DNA of 64,000 bases from Heteronotia binoei (Eukaryota), in assembly GCF_032191835.1 (NCBI RefSeq), contig NC_083234.1, positions 46,624,001 through 46,688,000 on the forward strand, in the 5' to 3' direction. The translations under genes and the position numbers were made by a program. The notes below the pieces were generated by a model. It searched no databases. It was given only the letters and a program-made list of their open reading frames with translations, and was not told the origin of the DNA. This document shows positions 40,001-57,721 of this stretch, one piece after another (the stretch's first letter is position 1; each line of letters starts with the position of its first letter).

Positions 40001-40844
40001 TCAGCGCTATCATTGTTCCTGGAAGGAAAGTTTGAAGGCATCCGCAGTACTGACATTACATTACTTCTCAGGTTGCATTATTTCAGATAGTTTTGCATCT
40101 ACAGAACTGCTGGAGTTTAGCCTAGTGGCTAACTCAGTAACTGCTGTCGGAGCATGCTCATGCAGAAGAGTGATCAGCCATCACTGCTTGTAATGAGACT
40201 ACCACAGGAGTGAAGTGTTCTGTGAGTGTGTACATGGGAGTAGGAACAGAACTGAGGAACATCAGTAGGGAACTGAAGCTAAAAGCATCATTTATTTTTA
40301 GATCAGGTTCAGTTGCATAGTGTTAAGTAAAACAAAGTCTACCATAACAGTCTTTAAGATGCTACAGAAATCTTTCTTACCTGTCACAGACAACCATGGC
40401 TACCACTCAGGAATTTACTCTTTTGTTAAGAGAAATTTGCTCCATGCTTAATTATTCTTTGGCTTCATTTTATAAAGCTGTCAGCAAAAAAGTACAACCT
40501 TGCATGGCCAAGAGAGCAGTGTCTTGCTATACTCCTAAGCCATGACTGAATCAGACCCCACAGCTGGTTGCAAAGAGACTGGGTTAAGAGCACTCACTTG
40601 AAGCTTGGTTCTCAATATGCCCCCGTAATGGTCCTTTGCTTTAGGGCAGCTCTGTATAAGTTTTTCATAAGGGGGGAAGGATTTGCTGAAATTATACAGT
40701 AATATTGGGGTTTGGGCATCACACATTTTGGCTGAATTTGAAAGATCATGTAACTGTTATTATTAAGTATGAAGCAGTCTTGTACTGAGTTAAATTTAGT
40801 TAAAGCAGCCTGCTCTGACTGGTGGGAAGTGAAAGCAGTATAAC

Positions 40845-41013
40845 AGACCAATCTCATCAAATCTCAGAAGCTAAGCAGAGTTAGTACTTGGAAGGGAGAC
40901 CACCAAGGAAGACCCTGCAGAGAAAAGCAATGGCAAACCACCTCTGCTTTTCACTTGTTTTGAAAACCCTTTGCTGCGGTCACTTATGAGTTGGCTGCAA
41001 CCTAACAGCACAT
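40845..41013 (+). mobile_element. 5S-headed SINE copy
   Basis: Same family as 63160; related minus-strand copies at ~6541-6752, 34948-35156 and 38622-38818. Confidence 0.7.
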
Positions 41014-43829
41014 ACATACTTAGTGTGACTGGTAACAGCTCTCCAGGGTCGCAGGCAGATAAAAGTTGTGGGGATTTAACCTGGAGCAGTTAGCATGCAA
41101 AGCATTTAATCTGCTCCTGCCTTTCCCTACAGAAATTTTGGTTTTGTACAATTTTAAGTACAAGAATTAAAGGGTCATAAAAGGTCATCTTATTTTACCT
41201 GTCTAGGAAGATCAATTTTAGCACTATCATTTCTATCTTTTCTGTAGCAGATTTATTCTCACAGGTTTTTCTTGACATTATGTTTGTTACTCTTTCTGGT
41301 TCACCCTGAAGTTGCTCTGATTTTAGGTGTATTGTTTCTAAAGTTGTGCTTTGATTGATTATTACAGAAGCTACCTTGGGTTTGCACAGAGAAAGCCTCC
41401 TTAAAGAGCATCATTTCCCAGAATGGTCCTGTAAACTTTCTAGTGCTCAGTAGAAAGACAGGTGGAACAAATGTGCCATTGCTAACTGAGCTGTTTTCTC
41501 CCCCTCAAGCTGCTTGGGGTATAATGTCTGAGTCGCAGCTCTGTTTGCATCTTGTTGTGTCCACCCCTGCTGCTTAATCCCTTCATGTCATCTCCATAAT
41601 TGCCCCTTTATACCCTGCAATGTGACACCTCATAAGAGCACTCAGAGAACGAAGCTGGGGTCAGAGAAAGATGGATGAAGAGGATGGCACACTGTGGAAA
41701 ATGGCTCATGCCATGTGTTGACTTGACTTCAGAATCATTCTACCAACTTTAATGATGTGACTGTGGATTTACACTAGTGTTAGACCAGGTGCCAGTAATG
41801 CAGTAGCTCCCAAGCCTTTGGGAAACACCCAGTGGCATTTGAATTTAAGCACATAGGCCCAAAGGGACCCCAAACGCAACAAAATTGATTTGTCAGCAAA
41901 TAAAAATGTGAAAAATATGTTTCATGTTACTGTTGCTTCTATATGGCTTACTTTCTTAAAATGTCTGCCCTCTTCCATTTGTTCTGGCCTAGACTGAAGT
42001 AGAATTGGATCTCCAACCTACCCTCCAATCTTCCCGTATCCTCCATCTCTTTTCCACAGAACCCAAAGCTCTGCCCTGCAAAGGCAGACCAGGTGCCAGC
42101 AGTATGTCTGGAGGGTGCCCTTTCATTCCACCTGGCTACCTTCTTTGCTGGAAGCACATCCTAATCGGGTGGGTGGGGGGGATGTGCTTCCCAGGTATGC
42201 CAGGAAGGTGCAACATGACAGCAGCTGGTATATTTACAGGCTGTGGCAGGGCAATATCAAGGCTCCATGCAGTTGGGGGCTGCTGAATAACCTTTTGGGG
42301 TTTATTTATGCTGAAGCCAATGCTCTGCCTCCCTGCTGCGCCAGGCAGTGCTGAGGATTCAGCGATTCCATATCCCCTCATAAATCAGGCCAGCAGCTGG
42401 CTTGAGTTACAAGGGTCTCCCAGTAATGACAGCCAGTTAATCCCAGCCTCCTTAGCTGGGATTACTGTCCATCATAGTTCATTACCTTTGGGCCCAATCA
42501 GTACCCTTTATGTTCTGGGGCGGGAGAAGAGGCATATTTCCACTGGACAAGAGACACTCACTGCCTCAAAGACTTGTCATCACAGTTATAAATAAAGTGA
42601 CTTGTTTGCAGAAGAACAAATTTAGCCTATCCAGAAGGTCAAGGTGGCAGGAAGCCCAGTCTGGCTCCAAATAGCCTTCCATTAAAATGGTTCTCATGTT
42701 TGAGTTTCACATAACCAAAGGAGGAGAGGGTGGAGGGACAGGAAAGGCAGGAAGAGGACTGAGGGGCAGTGAAGGCAGGAAAATATGGAGCCCTTCAGTT
42801 TATCAGCCAAAAGAAGATTTCTCCTTTTCACAGTCTAACTATAGTGCTTTGGTTTTCAAACTGGCTCATGGACTGTAAACCTCTCACAGGTGGATCATCA
42901 TGAGGCACAAACTCTCACTGGATGAGGATGCTGTGGGCCCCACCCACACCCAGTGATGGAAAAAAGATAAGAGAGGGAAGAATGATTGCATTTCTCCTCT
43001 CCTTCATCCTGCACTTGCATTTATTGCTGAATAACTGGCTTTCTCCCAATTTTCTACAGCTGATAGGCATATGTTCACTGCATTCTGGATAAGCATTGCC
43101 AGTTGGCGCTACATTGAAAGGTAGAATAGTTTACAAGTCAGCCTGACTTCAAAAAGTCTGTGAAGCATTGCTTAGTTTAGTGGATCATCCACAAGATAGC
43201 ACCTTTTAAACATAGACCTAGTTCTCGCTGTGGTACTAAAGCTGTACCTGAAGACTCAACTACATGATACTGTTTCTTCGGTGATTATTTTAAGGAACTT
43301 CCTTTTGTAAGTATACTCTCTGGGATTGCTTAATCAAGGAGGAAGGCAAGAACTGGCAACTGTTTCCTCCACAGCCATTTTTTACTGCCAAATGCTACTC
43401 TTGAGCTTCATTTACCCCCACTTCAGGAAAAAGACAGGTATTTACAAATTTTTCCTAGATGTAGCAAAAGTTGCTTGGAGATGTCTTCACCAATGAGAAA
43501 AGGACAGGGGATAGGCAGGGTCAATGTTTCACTCACTCAGTTCTGCTCTTTGATAAAATAATCCAGGCAGCTGGAAAAAAAGAAGATGAGTATGGAGGCT
43601 GTACCTCTTCAGAGAGCATCTAGGGAAGCTCTTGTGGCTGAATGATTCTCTGTCCTCAGCATTCTTGCCACATGGAAAAACTCTCCACTGCTGAAATCTA
43701 AGATACTTTTGTTGCATCTTGTGAATTCCAGAAATTAATTAAGCATTAGATAAAATACATTCTTCCTTTTGCCTGTCTCAAATCTTCCTTCAATCAAAAA
43801 CCCCAGGTGGTCTCTTAGATGGAGAGCTA

Positions 43830-44160
43830 TGGAACTTGGGGGAGTGTGCAACTGCAAAAGGCCGTGGGCTTACATGCTGCTGTTTCAAACTTCATAATTC
43901 TTTAAAAGTTTTCTGTTTTTGTGGTGCCACCGACTTCCTCAGCAGGGAATAGGTCTTTTGTTCACAAACAGGTTTAAAAAAAGATTGCTGCTTGTATCCA
44001 TCTTCAGTTTTATTTGCCTTAAAATAGTGTTCCAGCCTCTCTATATTCTCAGACCACTCAATGACTCCATCAAACTCCAGCATCACGTCATACATTGCCA
44101 TGGTTGCTGTAGCTTTATCCTCATCAGTGTAATTTCCACAAGCACACCATGAAGGATTGA
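43830..44160 (-). mobile_element. Ty3/Gypsy LTR retrotransposon remnant: LTR end, PBS-like site and 5-prime gag
   Basis: ORF 43892..44101 (MAMY...FD..EWSENIERLEHYFKAN...KTYSLLR..VAP..KTFKEL* LKQQHVSPRP) resembles a Gypsy gag N-terminus. Upstream TTACA-CTGATGAGGATAAA resembles an LTR end plus a decayed TGGCGACGAGG PBS. Confidence 0.7.
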
Positions 44161-45912
44161 AAGTTTCAAAGGGTTGCCAGGTCCCCCCTCGCCATTAGCG
44201 GGGGATGGGAGGGAGGGTGACCAGATCTAGGTTGGGAAGCTCCTGGAGATTTGGGATAGAGACTGGGGAGACAGGGAGCTCAATGGGATACAGTGCCATA
44301 GATTCCACCCTCAACCAGGGCTTTTTAAAAGCAGGAACGCAGTTCCAGCTGACTTGGTGTCAGGGGTGTGGCCTAATATGCAAATGATTCCTGTTGGGCT
44401 TTTTGTATGTGAAACGATAGTGAGGGGATGTAGCCTAATATTCAAATGAGTTCCTGTTGGGCTTTTTCTACAAAAAAAGCCCTGCCCTCAACTATCCATT
44501 CCACCCATAAGTATCAATTCCCCCCCCTCCCCCCGGATCTCTGTAGCCTGGAGGTGAGTTGTAATTCCAGGGGATCCCCAGGTCCCACATGGCGGTTGGC
44601 ATCAGTCTCTGCTTGAACCAAAACAAACAGCCAACAACCAGCAGAGGAAGCAAAACCAAACTACAGCACAGGCTTTTCAGCTCTAAGGGACCAGGGGAAA
44701 ATAACTTGTCATGATATAACAAAAACCACTTCCCTCAATTACCATGTGGTAAAAGAGCATTCCTTTGTTACTCATCAGCTGTCCAATGTGTAAGTGCAAG
44801 GGTCCAAGGGATGGTTAGTAAAGCTGCAATAAGACCTAAATGAGGATTGAAACTGGGACCATCTGCAAGCCAAGTAGGTGTCCTACCATAATGCCAAGCC
44901 TCCACCCCTCCTCCCAGGTTTATCACTTTGAGATAAAAGTCAGCACTTTGGGGACAAATATTCTATTTTGCCCAGGATTAGGATGGAACTAAATACATCA
45001 TCATTATTATAAAAGCAAGGGGGGGGGGGAATCTAACCATGAGATATTTTAGGAGCCCAGTCAATACAAATATTTTATTAATTTGTAATAAAATTAATAT
45101 ATTTGTACCCTGCCCTTTGCATTCTGCAAAAGAGAAGTCTCTCCCAATAAAATTAAAATACTATATCATGTTAAAAAAAACACCCTACAGTCACCAGATA
45201 ATAAATCCAAGTCTTAAAGCAATATAACTGCTACAGAAACAAATAATATAGTAATAAAACCAGCAAAAGACACCTCCAGTAGAAACAGGAAGGGAAGACT
45301 GTGTGGTACCTTGCTGTCAGCTGTAACATCAGAGCTGAGCTTTTCCCCCTTCCTGTTTCCAGGCATAAAACTTGGACATGTCCAGAGATGTGACATGAGC
45401 CCTTGGGAGCAAGCCAAAAAGCTACTGGCCTTGGGCTTTTAGCCTGTTGCTTGTATACTGGGGCCTTGGACAAATTGACTTATTCAATGCTGCACCAAGC
45501 TACACTTGGTTATATTTTGCTTGTTTTGTTTAAATTGTATTTTATTGTATATGTTTCCCCCACTATTGTAAACGGGGAATTAATAATTTATGAAACCATT
45601 TACACAAAGCAAGCTGAGATAGAAAGAACTGACAGTCCCCATAAACACAACAACAGACAAGGAACAAAAGGTGGTAAGTTATTAAGTACACAAAATGGTG
45701 TGTATGTGTATATGTATGTATGTGTATGTATGAACAGAGAGCTTTTTTTGAGCAGGAATGCACAGAAATGCAGTTTTGGCTGGCTGGCTTGGTGTCAGGG
45801 GTGTGTGGCCTGATATGCAAATGAGTTCTGCTGGGTTCACCCTTAAAAAAACCTGCGCAAAACTGTGGTGCTGCCAGGGGGTATGGCCTAATATGCAAAT
45901 AAGTTCCTGCTC

Positions 45913-46040
45913 NNNNNNNNNNNNNNNNNNNNNNNNNNNNNNNNNNNNNNNNNNNNNNNNNNNNNNNNNNNNNNNNNNNNNNNNNNNNNNNNNNNNNNNN
46001 NNNNNNNNNNNNNNNNNNNNNNNNNNNNNNNNNNNNNNNN
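45913..46040. other. Assembly gap (128 N)
   Basis: N run immediately after tandem MITE copies. Confidence 1.
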
Positions 46041-46874
46041 TCATTATCTGCATATAACCAAGACTCCTTTTCTCTCATCTTTGTAGAGGACGTGGAAGGA
46101 GGGAGGGGAGAAATCCCTCCTTTGAAATTCAGATCTGGAGCCATTTTTGCCAAAGGGAGAAGCACTGCCCAGCAGGTTAGCCTTGCAGCTGCCACAGCTG
46201 TCTATAAATTCCAGCCTGTCTAACTCTGCCTTAGCACAGCTGTTGGGTGGAGGGGGAAGGAGAAACCACTGAGACAATTCAGAGTCTATGGAGCAGAATG
46301 CCTTTAATACAGTGACAACTCTGAGAAAACAGAAGGATCTAAGGTAGAAAGGAGGGGAAAACTGGAAAGCAATAGAGCTCTCATGGGGAATCAAATAGGA
46401 CAGGAATGCACTACAGTGAAGGAAACCTTTGCACATTGGTCCAGAGGCAGCTGAAGGTGTTGTTTATGAAAATGAAAAGTGGGACCACCAAGATTTAGAT
46501 AATAAAATGAAAACTGATGTATGGTCTTATTCAAAACATTTAAACATGGCTGTCTGGAGTTGCCAACTTCAGCTGGGAAATTCCTGGAAATACGAGGACA
46601 GACCCAGGTGAGACTTTGGATATAGGAGAGAGCTCAGCAAGGATGCGATTCCATAGTCTGCCCACTGGAGCTGCCGTTTCCTCTAGGGGAAGTGGGGAAC
46701 CGATCTCTATAGTCTGGAGATTACATGTACATTGCAAGAGAAATTCAGGATTCACCTGGAGGTTGGTTACCATAGTACCAAAGAACAAACACCATCTACA
46801 GTGTAATTGCTGTAATGTAGGAATTATTAGTCATGGCTTTTTTCTGGAAAAAGAGGTGATGGAACTCTCAAGAG

Positions 46875-47310
46875 CAGGGGTGTCAAACATGCAGGCCAGC
46901 GGCAGAATCATGCTCCCAAAGGCTGCTATCAGGCCTGCGAGCAACCCGCTGTCATCTGCTTCCTTCTCCTACTCTTGTTTCCTTCTGCATTACAGCTTGC
47001 TTTGCCAGGCTTGCTCAATCGCACAGGAGCTACAGAGCAAAGCTCCTCCCTTGGGGAGGAAGTGGGGGGAGGAGAGCTAGCTTTTCCAGGCTCTCTCAAT
47101 TGCACAGCAGAGCTACTGAACCAAGCCTTTCTTCGTTCTGTTGGCTGAGGCTAGGCAAACCAGTGAGGTTGATTAGACTGAGTGTGTGTGTTTGTCTGTA
47201 TCCTTTATAAAGTTTATGTCTCCTTGACCTGGCATTACATTTTATGACACACATGGCCCGGCCCGACAAGGTTAAGATCTGTCCCTCATAGCAAATGTTT
47301 GACACCCCTG
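46875..47310. mobile_element. hAT-type MITE, 436 bp
   Basis: 16-bp TIRs CAGGGGTGTCAAACAT / ATGTTTGACACCCCTG and a perfect 8-bp TSD CTCAAGAG (46867-74, 47311-18). Confidence 0.92.
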
Positions 47311-49250
47311 CTCAAGAGGGTAATGGAGAAACTCAAGGGTGCCGCTCGTGAACTTTTAAACATTTTTTTTTAGAATTTCGTTTCCATGAAGAGGTTCTGG
47401 AACTCCATTCTTCTGCATTCCCTCAGAAAAAAAGTCCTGGATAAAGCACCACTGAAAGGATCAGCTGAGTAACAATCGAGGGATAACAGCCTTTAAATGA
47501 AAGCAGTTCACTACTCCTAGCCCTGGAATGGCTGGAGAGGAGTGCTGATAATTTCCAAGTGTCTGGCAGAAGCCAGTCTGTCTGAAAAGCTTGGATGAAA
47601 GAAAAGGGGATGAACACACCGCCTTTGTCAATCAGTCAGCTGAAAAGCAACATGGAAATCTGACCTTCTTCTTGAGATGGTGCTGAAGCAGCTATCCTGA
47701 CCCATCTTTCAAGGCCTAATTAGCCAGCTGGAGGGTTGGTGTCTCCTGCCCATCACCAGCAGCCAGCCAGTGTCACTTAACAATGCAGAGAATGCCCAGC
47801 TGGGACAAAAGGGACAGAAGAACCTGTTGGAGCTTCCTGCCCACCCACCTCTGTTAGGGTAGATAGATCCAGGTGGGCAGCCATGTTGGTCTGAAGCAGT
47901 AGAGCAAAGCAGGAGTCAAGTAGCAGTTTTAAGACTGACAAAGTTTTATTCAGAATGTAAGCTTTTGTGTGCTAGGAGCACACTTCAGACAATAGGATGG
48001 AAAGCTTACATTCTGAATAAAACTTTGTTGGTCTTAAAGGTTCTATTTGACTCCTGCTTTGTTTTGTTAGGGTAGATTTGCAGGTGCATTTGAAGAAGGC
48101 AGGACTTACATTCACTGTATCTCTGGCTCCTGCCGTCCTGACTACTCAATTATGTGAAGGGGTGTGTGTGTGTCAAAGAATGACAGAATGCATATTTTTT
48201 GCCAAGGGAGGAGTGTATGAACTTCTTTTTCCAGATGTAATTGTTATGCTTATATAGTGTATCAGTGGAGCTCTTTGCAGAGTATCGTAAGCAAAAAAGG
48301 ACAGATCATTTTGAAATTAAAAATAATATATATAATGGAGTTGTTATGCTATGGAATAAAGCTATCATCAACATCTGTGAAACTGAAGCAGTCTTCTTTG
48401 TGTTATTCCTTGTATATGACACTTTTGATTGCATTGTTGTCACATAACTGGTATACAATTACTGTCATATTGTGAGTATGATATTGCTTTTAGTGCCTTG
48501 TTCTCTACCCAGTTTTGTGCACTGTTGGTTGTGTCACTGTTGCATTATTTTTAATTATGTAATCCACCTGGAGTCTCAGTGAGAAAGGTAAAAAAAATAT
48601 AAAATTGAAATAGAAGACCAAACTACACATACTGCACTTAGAAGTGCCAAAGGGTCTAGTTCAGATTGGGGCCATGGCACAGGGATGCCAGGGGCTCCTT
48701 CATTCCCATGAAGTCATTATGTGCCCCTTCAGGCAGCTGCATGTACAAACATTCTTTACTGTCTTTTTATTGACTGAAGACAACAGTGGGCAAGTAGAGA
48801 ATAATAAAGGACAAATGCCAGACACTGAAGTCACACATATTTTGGCTTCACTTCCTTTGGGAATACACATCCCCAAGACCTATTTCCTGAGCTATATATC
48901 CCCACTGTATTACAATGTATTTCTCTTTTAGAATAGTGTATCAGAATAATTTTTTGTATTGACATACTTAACCCATTTTCATTTTATGTATTCTTTTTTT
49001 CTAATGGCAAGCTACAATGATGTTAAAAAAGTAAATTAGGTAGACAAGAACATCACTAGGAAATACATGTCTTTTTGTTTTAACTAGACTTGCAGCAACA
49101 GCAATTAACAGGCAACTTTTATTGCTATCCAGACCAAATGGTCTTCCAATTAATGACACTATTTCACCATTTGATTCTAACTTTGTATCAGTTTACACTC
49201 TTACCCCACCAACTACATGTATTTCAGCCCACCGTACCCTATCTCCTCAT

Positions 49251-49345
49251 CTGAAGAAGTATGCATGCATACGAAAGCTTACATTCTGAATAAAACTTTG
49301 TTGGTCTTAAAGGTGCCACTTGACTACTATTTTGTTCTATTACTA
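49251..49345 (+). mobile_element. Penelope-like retroelement 3-prime fragment with hammerhead-like core
   Basis: CTGAAGA-A-GTATGCATGCATAC-GAAA-GCTT followed by aataaaactttgttggtcttaaaggtgccact, a tail shared with copies at ~3575-3740, 19078-19217, 32065-32140, 34300-34430, 47860-48061 and 61360-61450. Confidence 0.65.
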
Positions 49346-49861
49346 TGTGCAAGGCCAGTCAGTTCAGTTCAGTTACCTTTATCGGCAATAAAGGAGAGAT
49401 AAAAGAGGGAAAAAATAGATGTACACACATATGCATACAAATAGATAAAACATGCCAACATGAGTCAAGATAAAAGAACATTCTAAAAGGGTTTAAAATC
49501 TGTACAAAAATAAGTAAAAAGTCAATCTGTCTAATACAAATTTAAATTACAATACATTACTGTGTATAAGAAGAGCAGCCTGCAAAAACTTTGCCACAGC
49601 AACAGTTGTGTTCCCTTCTTGGTTGTTTAATAGAAACAGCAGTTTATATGAATCTGGAAGCTCTAAGATACTATAAAGAATTAATGATAAAATGCTGCGC
49701 CGAATATTAACATAATAACAGCATTCTAATAACACGAGACACGGTTTCAATGGACCCACTTGCACAAGAGCATAGTCTGTTAGCATTCAAATAAACCAAA
49801 AGGATTGGAGCATTTGCTCCATTAAAGAAGGCTACGGCATTTGAGTTTAGAATCAAAACTC

Positions 49862-49916
49862 TGTGTGTGTGTGTGTGTGTGTGTGAGACAGAGAGAGAGA
49901 GAGAAAGAGAGAGAGA
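49862..49916. repeat. Compound (TG)n(GA)n microsatellite
   Basis: Read directly. Confidence 0.9.
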
Positions 49917-49944
49917 GATTGCTTTAAAAAAAGATAAATGCTCA

Positions 49945-50330
49945 GCAACTGGAGGCGTTGTTCTCCCTTCATCATAACTTTAGAATTCAGTGATGCTGCC
50001 AGTAGATTCAGGACAGACAAAATAAAACATGTATTCACTGTGCAAATAATCAATTTATAGAACTTGCTTCCACAAGATATGGCAATAGCCAGTAACATAT
50101 ACAGCTTAAAAAAAAATTACAAATGAAGAATGAGATTTGTTGATGGCTATTGGCCATGATAGCTCAGTGGGATCCCTACATTTGTCTAGATACCAGGAAA
50201 AATAATAATAGAAGTCTGTTGCCTTCTTGCCCCACTTATTAGCATCCCCAGGGGCATCTGGCTGATTGCAGTGAGAAACAAGCTGCTGGACTCAGTCAAT
50301 CACCTTGTTCTGGTCCAGCAAGGCTTGTGT
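49945..50330 (+). mobile_element. Degenerate CR1 fragment upstream of the Pitx-like gene
   Basis: agattcaggacagacaaaa...gctggact...tggtccagcaaggct; boundaries approximate. Confidence 0.6.
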
Positions 50331-51087
50331 GAAGTGGTTCCAAGGGCAAGCCACAAAGATTAATGAAACTCCAACTGGAAACTGTAAATACAGCAACAAA
50401 TGGTGCCAAAATGATGCATATTTTTTTGTCTACTCCAGCGAGCATGCTGAACGAAACATTGGCCTCCCAGCTGCCATCTTCTCATCCATCCCCACATCTA
50501 GCTTCCCCAGCCTGCTACAGAGACCATGACTGATTGGCACCTGGTTAGACTGTACTCAGCTGTCCCTGATATTTGACACATACACACATACACACACACA
50601 CCCCTCCTCCCTGCCAAGCCAAAGAGCACTGCAGCCCTGGGAAAGAGAAATAAACATGTGAGGGAAGGAAGAAGGACAGGGAGCAGAAGAAGGTTCTGAG
50701 AAGTTGCTAACGGCTGTGAAGAGAGTCCAGAAGCCAGACCTTGGTGTGGACCTGGTAGAGGAAAGCTGAGCTCTCCCAGAATGGCTAGCTTGGCTTCATG
50801 AAGGATATCTTGGGAGAGGATTTCATAACCTGAAAAGAACTGTGCAGATTGCAGTCTGGGTGTTACGGGATTTCATAGCTTGGACAATCCATCTTTCTGG
50901 GAGACTTGTACTCATTGTACTTGCATCATTTTGTTCCTCAGTTCTCTTCTGTCAGCTCACCAAAGCAAAAACCTCAAGCCTTGTTGGCCAGCAAAGTCTT
51001 TTAAGAACTTGTGGTGTGGGAGATATAAAACAATTCTACTCTCTCAAAGTGGACTTTAAGACAGTGCTTCTTTGGACTCCTGAGAAT

Positions 51088-57721
<6,634 letters not shown>

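Noticed and set aside
40381-40480. Possible non-coding first exon of ITPRIPL1 (minus-strand donor CAG|GTAAGA at 40380)
   Set aside because: Only a splice-site match; no promoter or transcript evidence.
45563-46195. 210-aa and overlapping ORFs
   Set aside because: Open only because they span the 128-N gap and MITE sequence.
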